This document shows, piece after piece, positions 24,536-36,040 of a DNA stretch of 64,000 nucleotides. The DNA is from Stegostoma tigrinum. Its lineage: Eukaryota. A program made the position numbers and the translations under genes. Each line of letters begins with the position of its first letter. Positions within the stretch are counted from its first letter, which is position 1. The notes below the pieces were generated by a model that did no database searches, was not told the DNA's origin, and was given only the letters and a program-made list of their open reading frames with translations. The stretch spans positions 24,395,247 to 24,459,246 of the forward strand of contig NC_081385.1 in the NCBI RefSeq assembly GCF_030684315.1. The letters run 5' to 3'.

Positions 24536-25824
24536 GGTGACTAAGAATTTTTGAATACCTCAGGACTTTTAAGCTATGCTACTTTTATTCCTCCCTGTCT
24601 CCAGAGACACGTTGTCTTTAAATTGTATCACTTTTGTCCTGTGAGTATGTGTTTGCAAATTATAACATTGCTTCTTGGAATTAGGTCATAAAATTCCTCT
24701 TTCTTTCATTCAAGAAAATAATCGTGATTGGCTCTTTCATTTTCCAGTGAATAATGTTTAAATTGGAGTCTGAGAGCAACAGTCTAAAAATAAATAAAAA
24801 CATTTTGTTGCAGTTGAATAAGGGGATTCAAAAGAGGGATACCAAATTGCCAAACCACATCTGGTCAGGAGAGCTATGTGACATATACTGTGCAACATTT
24901 TTTCCAACAGGAATCTGACCTTAAATGCTACAATGGATATTGACAGAAATGTGAAAGATATTGAACAGTGCTCCGTTAATTCCTTGAACTCTGCATATCA
25001 TTCAAAAGTATTAAAAACAAGAAAAAAAAATGTTGATGTTTAGCTCACGGGAATTTTGTATCAAAATTATTCTAATTTTCTAGCAATGGAATTAGATTGC
25101 AAAACAAAACCTTTTACTCTAGATATGCCGCTCTAATATTCAGATGTGAGAATTGATAGGAATAATGGGGCAACACTCAGCTTCTAATTAAACACCATTG
25201 TCTTTACTTGGAGTGAACAATACAATCAACTCGTTACTTTCAAGTTTTCAGAATGTTAAGTGGAACAGATAGGACAGATAAATATAAACCATTTGCACTG
25301 GTTGAGGATTTGAGAACTAGGCAGCAAAATCTTAAATTACAGTAAGACTGTCCACAAGTTGAGCAGGATATTACATTGACAATGTTCTATTGTGCTATTC
25401 AAATCATTTTAAGTTATAATTGTCCAGTGAGGCATCCAATTCCCTTTTCAGACTATGGTGTTGGAGACTTCTTGGCAAGGATCACTTGTTTCAATTCCTT
25501 TGGTAATTTAGTGACTTGTTGTCAATATTGCAATTGTCTTCAGGAACTTGATCAGTAAATGTAAGAGCAAGACACTTTTTATAGCCCTGCTACAATTAAA
25601 TACATCAAATCACTTCAGATGCTGACTTCTTTCAAACTGTTGGTTGGAGAATTAAAGACAAAATTAATCTTGTAAGGCATTAATTCTAACACTTCCCGGC
25701 TGCTTTGCATTTGAAAGAGCCAGATTCTCAAATTGTCCAATATCATTAATTAGTGTGATTGTCTTGCAGCATTCAAAGTACTTAGAGTATATTTTCCAAC
25801 GATAATAGATTAATTTTAATCTCA

Positions 25825-26490
25825 TTTATATGGAGTTCAGTAAGGTGTTCAACAATGTTCCTCACGGTAAACTGGTTAGCAAGGTTAGATCACATGGAAT
25901 ACAAGGAAGACTAGCTACTTGGATACAGAACAGACTTGAAGGTAGAAGACAGAGGGTAGTTGTGGAGGGTTGCTTTTCAGGCTGGAGGCCTGTGACCAGT
26001 GGTGTGCCACAAGGATCACTGCTGGGCCCACTGCTTTTCATCACGTATATAAATGATTTGGATGTGAATTTTGGAGTTATGGGTAGTAAGTTGCAGATGA
26101 CACCAAAATTGGAAGTGCAGTGGACAGCAAAGAAGGTTACCTCAAAGTACCAACAGGATCTTGATCAGATGGTGCAACAGGCTGAGGATTGGCAGGCAGA
26201 CTTTAATTTAGATAAATGTGAGGTGCTGCATTTTGGAAAGGCAAATCAGAACAGAACTTATACACTTAATTGTAAGGTAGTGGGGAATGTTGTTGAACAG
26301 AGAGACCTTGGAGTGCAGGCTCATATTTCCTTGAGAGTGGAATTGCAGGTAGACAGGATAGTGAAGAAGGCATTTGGTATGATTACCTTTATTGATTAGT
26401 GCATGAATACAGGAGTTGGGAGGTCATGTTGCATCTATACAGGACATTGGTTAGGCCACTATTGGAATACTGAGTGCAATTCAGGTCAAT
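25825..26490 (+). mobile_element. CR1 RT fragment
   Basis: ORF 25830-26399: VTSGVPQGSLLGPLLF. Confidence 0.9.
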
Positions 26491-27069
26491 TGTGGCAAAA
26501 ATTATTAAGCTTTTGAAAAATAGACGAATTCCCTCATTATTAATAGAAAGAATTGCCTTTGAAGATTTCACTTTTCAGACTTTTTTATGATAACAACCAA
26601 GCTACTTAACAGACAACTAAAACTCCACATTACAGAAAATGTAATTCCTCATCATCTGCCCATTACAACAGAAGGATTGTGGTCAGGTAACCCATGACTG
26701 CCAGGTTGTTACGGAAATATTGAAAGTGTTCATGAGCATGGATAAAAATTCAAATGTTGAAAAGGTTACCACAAACTGGTCAAGGCTAACCAAGGTACAT
26801 TTACCCACATTTCACTTTTCGACAATACATCAATGAAAAATTTTTACATGACATCTCTCACCAAACAGACAGGTAGCCCTGATTATGAAATGATTAGCTC
26901 CTCCTGGCTAAAAAAAAGTTCCACCAAAAAAGTTCCTTACCTTCTCTAACTCTTTTCATTGATCCATTCACAGAATGTGGGCATTGCTATCTGGGCCAAC
27001 ATTTATTGTTGACTCTTAATTTCCCAGATTTATGATGTCATTGTTTTTTTGTTACCACGCCTTTATTGA

Positions 27070-28030
27070 CATGGAAGGAGTAGGGTTAGGACATATGAGC
27101 CCTCAAACCTGTAATGCATTTCAATGTGATTGTGGTTGATCTCTAAGATCAATACCCCAATCCCACCCTCCCCCATATCCCTTTAGCCACAAGAGGTATA
27201 TCAACCAACTTCTTGAAATCACAGTGTTTTGGCCTGAACCACTTTCTGTGGTAGTGAATTCCACAGGCCCACTACTATCTGGGTGAAGACATTTCTCCTC
27301 GTCTGAACCCTGAACAATCTATCCCTTATCATTAACAAGGACTCCTGGTTCTGGACTCCCCCAAACAACAGGAACATCATGACTGCATCTAACCTGTCTC
27401 ATCTGTCAGAGTTTTATAAGTTTCTATGAGATCCACCTCATTCTTCTAATTTCCAGTGAATACAATCCTAACCGACTCAATCTATCTTAATATGCCAGTC
27501 CTGTCATCTGAGGCTGCCTCCACTCTGTCTCAAGAACATCTTTTGTCAGGTAAAAAAGAACTGCACACAATATTGCAGATGTGGCAATATTGTATAATTA
27601 CAGCAAGCCATCCTTGTTCTTATACTTGAATCCTCTTGCTATGAGGGCCATCGTACAGTTTGCCTCCGTTACAGCCTGCTGCTACTTTCAGCGGCTGGTG
27701 CATGAAGACATCCAGATCTCATTCAACATTCCCCTCTCTAAATTTACTGACATACAACTAATAATCTGCCTTCCTTGGTTTTTGCTACCAAACTGGATAA
27801 CCTCACATCTATCCACATTATACAGTTTTGGTGATGATTTTAACCACTCATTCAATCTGTCCAAATCACAGCGCAACATCTCTGCTTCCTCCTCTCAGCT
27901 CACTCTTCCACCTCATTTTGTGTCATCTGCAAATTTTGAAACGTGACATTTAATTCCCTTATCTAAATCATTAAAATGAATCCAGTACCAATCCCTAAAA
28001 TAACTCACTAGACACTGCCTGCGATTCAGA
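27070..28030 (-). mobile_element. Decayed CR1, paralogous to 34340-35570
   Basis: VSKFADDTK; same flanking unique sequence as the copy at 34340. Confidence 0.8.
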
Positions 28031-28051
28031 AAGAAGACTTTTTTATTCCTA

Positions 28052-29350
28052 GATAACAAGTTGTGGAGCTGGATGAACACAACAGGCCAAGCAGCATCAG
28101 AGGAGCAGGAAAGCTGACGTTTTGTGTCTGGGACCTTCTTCAGAAATGGGAGCGGGGAAGGGGATTCTGAAATAAATAGGGAGAGAGGGGAAGGCGTGTG
28201 GAAGGTGGATAAAGGAGCAGATAGGTAGAGAGGAGACGGGCAGGTCAAGGGGACAGGAAAGGAGCCAGTAAAGGCGATTGTAGGTGGAGAGTTACGGTGT
28301 GGGTTGTCAGTCCAGTGAATACGGACAGATCAAGGAGGTGCGATGAGGCTGGTAGGAAGGAGGTGGGGGTGAGGGTTGAGGTGGGAGGAGGGGATAGGTG
28401 GGAAAAAGGATGGATAGGTTAGGCAGGCAGGGACGAGCATGGCTGGTTTTGGGATGCGGTTGGGGGTGGAGGGATTTTGAAGCTTGTGAAGTCCGCATTG
28501 TTACCATTGGGCTGCAAGGTTCCCAAATGAAATATTAGGTACCTTTCCTGCAACCTTCGGGTGGCATCGTTGTGGCATGAGAGCAGGCCTAAGATGGGCA
28601 TGTCATCCAAGGAGTGGGAAGAGGAGTTGAAGTGGTTCGTGACTGGGAGGTGTAGTCGTTTGTCACAAACCGAGTGTAGGTGTTCCACAGAGTGGTCTCC
28701 AAGCCTCCGCTGGGAGGAGGCCACATCGGGAACAACGGATACAGTATACCACATTAGCTGATGTGCAGGTGAATATCTGTTTGATGTGGAAGGTTTACTT
28801 GGGGCCTGGGATGGGGGTAGGTATCAGGGCAGGTGTAGCACTTCCTGCGGTTGCAAAGAAAAGTGCCGGGTGAAGTGGGGCTGGTTGGGAGTGTGGAGAG
28901 GACAAGGGAGTCACAGAGACAGTGGTCCCTCTGGAAGGCAGATAAGGGTGGGGAGGGAATAATGTCTGTGGTAGTGGGGTCGGATTGCAGATGGCGGAAG
29001 TGCCGGACGATGATGCGTTGGATCCGGAGGTTGGTGGGGTGACACATGAGGACGAGGGGGATTCTATTTTGGTTGTTATTGCAGGGAGGGGGTGTGAGGG
29101 ATGAGGCACGGGAAATGTGAGAGACTCAGTCGAGGGCATTTTTGAACACTGTGGAGGAGAATTTTTGGTCCTTGAAAAACAAGGCATCTGGGATGTCCGG
29201 GAGTGGAATGCCACCCCCAACCAATATAAAGGCATAACTAGGGCCCATGCGGACACCCATGGCCACCCCTCTTACCTGAAGAAAATGAGAGGAGTTAAAA
29301 TAGAAGTTGTTGAGGCTTTTGCACAAACTCAAAACATTGGAGGTGGATTT
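28052..29350 (-). mobile_element. Penelope-like element, internally deleted (RT remnant, GIY-YIG remnant, terminal repeat)
   Basis: FLQVRGVAMGVRMGPSYA RT motif; RLGDHSVEHL...LIFHLGTLQPNG endonuclease remnant. Confidence 0.88.
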
Positions 29351-29599
29351 TAGCTCAGATTTTCTCACACATACCTTTCTTGTATTCAGGGATCAGATTA
29401 TGAGTTGACATTAATTTACACTGTCATGTTGATGTCAATGCACATCTGAAACTGCATTACTGGCATAATTCAATATCACCGCATCTTACAAAGGCACTGT
29501 GGGCATTTTCCCTGTGTGGGAATAAGAGCGCCACCTTGTGCATAACTGCAACTTCACACGTTGGATTTCTGACAGGGAGACAGGACTCACTTGTAATGT

Positions 29600-31019
29600 G
29601 ATAATGGGAACTGCAGATGCTGGAGAATCCAAGATAATAAAATGTGAGGCTGGATGAACACAGCAGGCCCAGCAGCATCTCAGGAGCACAAAAGCTGACG
29701 TTTCGGGCCTAGACCCTTCATCAGAGAGGGGGATGGGGTGAGGGCTCTGGAATAAATAGGGAGAGAGGGGGAGGCGGATGAGAAAGAGAAAGAAAGAAAG
29801 ATGGAGAGAAAAGAAGATAGGTGGAGAGGAGAGTATAGGTGGGGAGGTAGGGAGGGGATAGGTCAGTCCAGGGAACACGGACAGGTCGAGGAGGTGGGAT
29901 AAAGTTAGTAGGTAGGAGATGGAGGTGCGGCTTGGGGTGGGAGGAAGGGATGGGTGAGAGGAAGAGCAGGCTGGGGAGGCAGAGACAGGCTGGACTGGGT
30001 TTGGAATGCAGTGGGTGGAGGGGAAGAGCTGGGCTGGTTGTGTAGTGCAGTGGGGGAAGGGGACGAACTGGGCTGGTTTTTGGATGCGGAGAGACCACTG
30101 TCTCCGTGACTCCCTTGTTCGCTCCAACTCCCTCCAACCCCACCACACCCGGCACCTTCCCCTGCAACCGCAGGAAATGCTACACTTGCCCCCACACCTC
30201 CTCCCTCACCCCTATCCCAGGCCCCAAGATGACTTTCCATATTAAGCAGAGGTTCACCTGCACATCTGCCAATGTGGTATACTGCATCCACTGTACCCGG
30301 TGTGGCTTCCTCTACATTGGGGAAACCAAGCGGAGGCTTGGGGACCGCTTTGCAGAACACCTCCGCTCGGTTCGCAATAAACAACTGCACCTCCCAGTTG
30401 TGAACCATTTCCACTCCCCCTCCCATTCTTTAGATGACATGTCCATCATGGGCCTCCTGCAGTGCCACAATGATGCCACCCAAAAGTTGCAGGAACAGCA
30501 ACTCATATTCCGCTTGGGAACCCTGCAGCCCAATGGTATCAATGTGGACTTCACCAGTTTCAAAATCTCCCCTTCCCCCACCCATCCCAAAACCAGCCCA
30601 GTTCGTCCCCTCCCCCCCACTGCACCACACAACCAGCCCAGCTCTTCCCCTCCACCCACTGCATCCCAAAACCAGTCCAGCCTGTCTCTGCCTCCCTAAC
30701 CTATTCTTCCTCTCACCCATCCCTTCCTCCCACCCCAAGCCGCACCTCCATCTCCTACCTACTAATCTCATCCCACCTCCTTGACCTGTCCATCTTCCCT
30801 GGACTGACCTATCCCCTCCCTACCTCCCCACCTATACTCTCCTCTCCACCTATCTTCTTTTCTCTCCATCTTCGGTCCGCCTCCCCCCTCTCCCTATTTA
30901 TTCCAGAACCCTCACCCCATCCCCCTCTGTGACAAAGGGTCTAGGCCCGAAATGTCAGCTTGTGTGCTCCTGAGATGCTGCTGGGCCTGCTGTGTTCATC
31001 CAGCCTCACATTTTATTAT
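29600..31019 (+). mobile_element. Young Penelope-like insertion: inverted terminal repeat + GIY-YIG ORF end + terminal repeat
   Basis: ORF 30106-30699: NVVYCIHCTRCGFLYIGETKRRLGDRFAEH; inverted arms of about 450 bp; TSD ctcacttgtaatgt at 29586-29599 and 31020-31033. Confidence 0.93.
29697..29724 (-). ncRNA. Minimal type I hammerhead ribozyme core in a Penelope terminal repeat
   Basis: Minus strand CTGATGA-A-GGGT-CTAG-GCCC-GAAAC-GTC: conserved core boxes, helix II hairpin and GUC cleavage triplet. Confidence 0.75.
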
Positions 31020-31299
31020 CTCACTTGTAATGTTTTGTTTCAGTGGCGTTGGCATTTACATCTGTAACTAACATCCGTATTCCACCAACATTTTATTAAT
31101 AAAACAGCAAGATGTCAATGACAAGATAATCTGTTTAATCTGTGATGCTTTCAAGACAAATGTTGGTAATGACATTAGGGATATATCCCCTGCTATTCTT
31201 CAATAAAATGCCATAGAATTTCATGCGCTGGTAGAAACAGCTAGATAGGGCTTTGGTTAAGCTCTTAACTCGTGATTTAAAAGCGAGTAAAGGTGAGCA

Positions 31300-31722
31300 T
31301 AGGTTGGGAGGTAGGGGGGAGATAGGTCAGTCCAGGGAGGACAAACAGTTCAAGGGGGTGGGATGAGGTTAATAGGGAGGTAACCAGCCCAGCTCAAATC
31401 CCACCCCCATCTCTTACATACTAAACTCATCCCGCCCCCTTGACCTGTCTGCCCTCCCTGGACCGAGCTATCTCCTCCCTACCGCCCCACCTACATTCAC
31501 CTTTACTGGCCCCATCCCCGCCTCTTTGACCTGTCTGCCTCCTCTCCACCTATCTTCTCCTTTATCCATCTTCTGTCCGCCTTCCCCTCTCTCCCTATTT
31601 ATTTCAGAACCCCCTTCCCTTCTCCTTTTACTGAAGAAGGATCTAGGCCCGAAACCTCAGCCTTCCTGCTCCTCTGATGCTGCTTGGCCTGTTGTGTTCA
31701 TCCAGCTCTACACCTTGTTATC
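31300..31722. mobile_element. Penelope-type head-to-head terminal-repeat fragments at the copy B truncation point
   Basis: Purine-rich then pyrimidine-rich arms, ending ...ctacaccttgttatc. Confidence 0.8.
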
Positions 31723-31939
31723 GATGTTCTGTCACTTGGGGGATGATCTCAAATTCATTGGTAGCAACAGGTTTACCATTAACCATTCCTTTCAAAGTTG
31801 GGACAGTGATATTTGTGGTCATGTTTGTTCCATTACAGATAATACAGATGTTGTCAGCTGCAACCCTTGGACAGAGCAGGTCAGAACAATCTTATATCCA
31901 GCAATCAAACCACCATCCACTTTGGAAATTTCAAGGATC
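31722..31939 (-). pseudogene. Copy B C1-like exon, frameshifted and 3'-truncated
   Basis: LEISKVDGGLIAGYKIVLTCSVQGL...ICNGTNMTTNITVPTLKGMVNGKPVATNEFEIIPQVTEHR, then abuts a Penelope-type repeat. Confidence 0.88.
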
Positions 31940-32819
31940 CTGATGGAGAAGGAAATCATCATTAATGTAATGGTGAACTTTTAAAATATACAAAGCATTG
32001 AACACAATGGCAAAATACCAGAGATTTTTAGTGCTAGTATTCTGAAAGTGTACTCAGTTTCATGTCACAACAACACCTCTGACTGGTCCATGAACTGTAC
32101 GTTTGTACAACGCCTTCAGCCCCCTTTAATTTTTCAAGTTGCTCAATTCAAAAATAAATTGCATCATAGCTTTAGTCTTAACCATGATCAGATGTTAGTT
32201 TATGACACAACTGTTGCTGAAAATTCATTAAATCACCAGAAAGTGATTTTAGTTGTATAAAATACAGATACAAAGTGAAAAATAGTTAGATGTAACAGAC
32301 GTTTCTAAACATGAAGATGACAGACAATTAGTCTGGTAATACTTTCACAGTTACTTGCTTGACAATTCTTAGGTTGAAAACTGAATGTCAGAAATCAGCA
32401 GCTGCTCTGAAAAAGTTGGAAATTTTTTCCAGTGAGGTAACTGAGTGGAACAGCTTCTAGGAAGCAAGTGTGAGGTCGCCTTTGTTTTGTTTTGTTGTGC
32501 GACTGCACTGTATTGATTCAGACTTCTTTCCCTTGCTTAATCTCATTGTTGTGTAATCTGCCTCTGATAGTATCTCACAGAATTCTTCACGAAGTTCTGT
32601 GATAAGGGAATTTCGAGGCCTGCTTTATGGCAGCCAAAGCGAAATGAATTTATGAATTTTGAACAAACTATTGTTCCATGAGAAACAAAGATTGGTTAAT
32701 TAAACTGGAATTTCTTGTGTTGTCCTTCTAGTCTGCTATTCTGAGAAGCTTACAATTCCCAGTATTTGGTAGGATTCATTGATCTAAATAATTCTGACAC
32801 AAGACACTAATCTATCTGC

Positions 32820-33040
32820 TTTGTGTAGAGCTGGAGGAACACAGCAGGCCAGGCAGCATCAGACGAGAAGTAAAGTTGATATTTCAGGCCGGGATTCTTC
32901 TTCACTCATTCTGAAGAAGGTTCCTGACTTGAAACAACAACTTTCCTGCTCCTCTGATGCTGCCTGGCCTGCCATGTTCCTCCAGCTCTGCATTGTGTTG
33001 TCTCTGACTCCAGCATCTGCAGTCCTTGCCATCTCTCAGT
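32820..33040. mobile_element. Short Penelope-type inverted-repeat insertion
   Basis: gtagagctggaggaacacagcagg ... cctccagctctgc arms, plus a terminal tail. Confidence 0.75.
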
Positions 33041-34339
33041 CTGTCTGCTTTGCCTGGCCACATGAATCAACAAGCGTCATCATGGGGTTTTAGGAGACAG
33101 CTTGTGAAATGGTGAGTCCATTTTAAGAAGATAAGGTAGCCTTCTTTACAAAGTGTATAATTTAATTACACAACTGTGATGGTCATACTGTACATTAATT
33201 TACATATGAATGCATAACTTTCTCAAAATTTGAAGGAACTTTTCTGCACACGTGACCAAGCATGTTCTGCCCACAAAAATCACGACAAGTCTACAATGGT
33301 CAATAAATGCACCATCAATCCTCTCTTAGGCATCAGTAAAGTGGTGGAAGGTGCCAATGATGGTCTGTCAAGGGAAACACAAACAGCAATGAACTTGCTC
33401 CAAAACTCACACTGATTAATAATTTTATTTTAAAAAACATATTTCAACTTTATTGATGGCAAGAGTTGCCAGTGAAAATTGCACTTTTGAGAATTTTCTG
33501 ACAATAACCAACCAGACAAAGATGAGAATAGATTAAATATGACTTAACAGACAACTAGAACTCCACGATGCTGGAAATGTAATTTTCCTTTATCTTTCTA
33601 TAACAACTGAAATACTGTGATCAGGTGACCCATGACAGTCAAGACTGTTACAGAAATATTGATTTTGTTTATGAGCACAGATAAAAACTCAAACATTGAA
33701 ACCACATTTAAACTTAGCCAGATTCTGCAATTTTCAAACTGTTGAGAATTTTTTTCAAAAATCCTGAGTGTAGTTTTGAGACTGTTACTTGGAGCTTGAA
33801 GACTTGTACTGAAGAGTCCTGCAAAAACAGTGACATAGTTTAACACAATAGTAGACACTGAGAAATATTGTTTTTCCTTGATAATGTGTTCCAGAAAGTT
33901 GTGTTGGGCCTTCTCTCTGACTCTTGTCCTCTTTGTATATCTCAATGTGTAATATGCCTGAGTTAAAAATGTTTATGGCAAACTGATCAAGATTAGTCAT
34001 GTACATTTACTCAGCTTTCATTTTACAACAATACATCAATGAACATTTTTACATGATGCCAGTTACCAAACAAACATGTAGCCTTGTTTATGAAATGACA
34101 AGTTCCTCCTGGCTTTTCAGCAGTATCCCTTCTCTCTTTCCTGCCATGATAAATCCTTTTGCCTTCTTTGCAGGATCTTGACACAATCCAGGACAAAGCA
34201 GCCCATTTGATCAACATAACAACCGCCATCTTAAAATTTCCTTTCCTCCTCCAATTATTTTTATTTATTCATTCACAGGGTGGTTTTAATTGCCAGGTTT
34301 ATAATTTCATTGTTTGTCTGTTCCTACACTTCTATTTCC

Positions 34340-36040
34340 ATAGAAACAATGAAGGTAGGAGCAGCAGTAAGCCATGTGGCCCCTCAAGCCTGCATCCCCA
34401 TTCAATATGATTGTGGGTGATTGCTAAGGTCTGCTATCCTCCCCAATATCCCTTTAGCCACAAAAGCTATTTCAACCTCTGAAATAATTGCACAGAGACC
34501 AGTATCCCATCACCAAGTCTCCGTTTATTTACTTGCACACAGTACACCGGATGTGGCCAGCCAGCTCCGGAGCCAGTCACTGGAACGGAGGAGATTCCAG
34601 TCTCCTGGTTACATTGGTCAGCCAAGGCTTTCTTGATTAGCTGAGGTTCACAGCCCCAATCAATGATCTCGTAGTTAATGAAGTTAACCTGGTTCCATTT
34701 ACTACAACCTTCATCTTGAAAACAGTGCTTTGGTCTCAATCACTTGCCGTAGCAGTGAATTCTACAGGCTCGCTAGTCCATAAGTGAAGATATTTCTCCT
34801 TATCTCAGCCCTTAGAGCTTTATGTCTTATCTTTAAGCAATGACCCCTGGTTCTGGACCGCCCCAACAATAGGAACATCATTACTGCATCTAACCGGTCT
34901 TGGCCTGTTAGAGTTTTATAGGTATCTATGAGATCCTCCTCATTCTTCTAAATTCCAGTGAATACAATCCTAGCCAACTCAATCTATCCACATACGTCAG
35001 TCTTGTCATCCCAGGCATAATTATGCTGTCCTCTGTCCATTGCAAGAACATCCTTCGTCAGGTAACAAAACTTTAGGTGCAACCTGGACAATGCCCTGTT
35101 ATATTTTTAGCAAGGCTTCCTTTTTCCTGTACTTAAATCCTCATGCTATGAATGCCAACATAAATTTACCTTCTTTATTAACTGCTGCATCTGTGCACTT
35201 AATTTCTAAAGGTAATGCATAAGGATACCCTAGTCTAATTACATGATCGCCTCTCTCAATTTACAGTCATTCAAATAACAATCTGCCTTCCTTTTTTTGC
35301 TACCAAACTAGATAACTTCACTTACATCCATATTATACTGCGTCTGCCATGCATTTGTCTACTCATCACCCTGCCCAAATCACACTGCAACATCTCTGCA
35401 TCTTCGTCACAGCTCACTCTTCCACCCAGTTTTGTGTCATTTGCAAATTTTGAGACATTACATTTTGTTCCGTCATTTAAATCAGTAACATATATTGTGA
35501 TTAGCTGGATTCCCTGTGGTAACCACCAATTACTGTCTGCCATTCAGAAAAAAATATCCATTTATTCCTAGACTTTGTTTCCTGTCTGCTAAAAATGTTT
35601 ATGTTCATCTCAATTCATTACCTCCAATCCCATGCACTTTGTTTCTATGCATTAATCTCTTGTGTGAGACTTTGTTGAAAGCCTTATGAAAGTTCAAAAA
35701 AAAGACTACTCTCACTGGCTCCCCTCACTCAATGCTATTAGCACAACCTCAAGGAATTCCAATAGATTTGTCAAGCATAATTTCCCTTGTTAAGTCCATA
35801 TGGACTGGGTCTGAATCTACATCCCTTATTAAATAGTGGAGTAGCATTAACTACACCCTAATCAGTAGGAACTGTTCCAGTATCTAAGAAACTTTGAAGA
35901 TGACCACCAATGCACTCACTATTTCTAGGGCTAAATTTTTACGTATTCTGGGATAGAGATTATCAGGCTGTAGGGATGTATAGGCTTTGAATCCCATCAG
36001 TTTCCACAACACCACTTCTCTACTAATACAGATTTGCTTC
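34340..36040 (-). mobile_element. Decayed CR1
   Basis: ORF 35322-35543: VSKFANDTKLGG. Confidence 0.8.

Noticed and set aside
29486-30784. Many overlapping Pro/Ser- or Gly-rich ORFs (also at 57398-57884 and 59715-60211)
   Set aside because: They are by-products of the purine/pyrimidine-skewed Penelope terminal repeats; only the GIY-YIG frame is meaningful.
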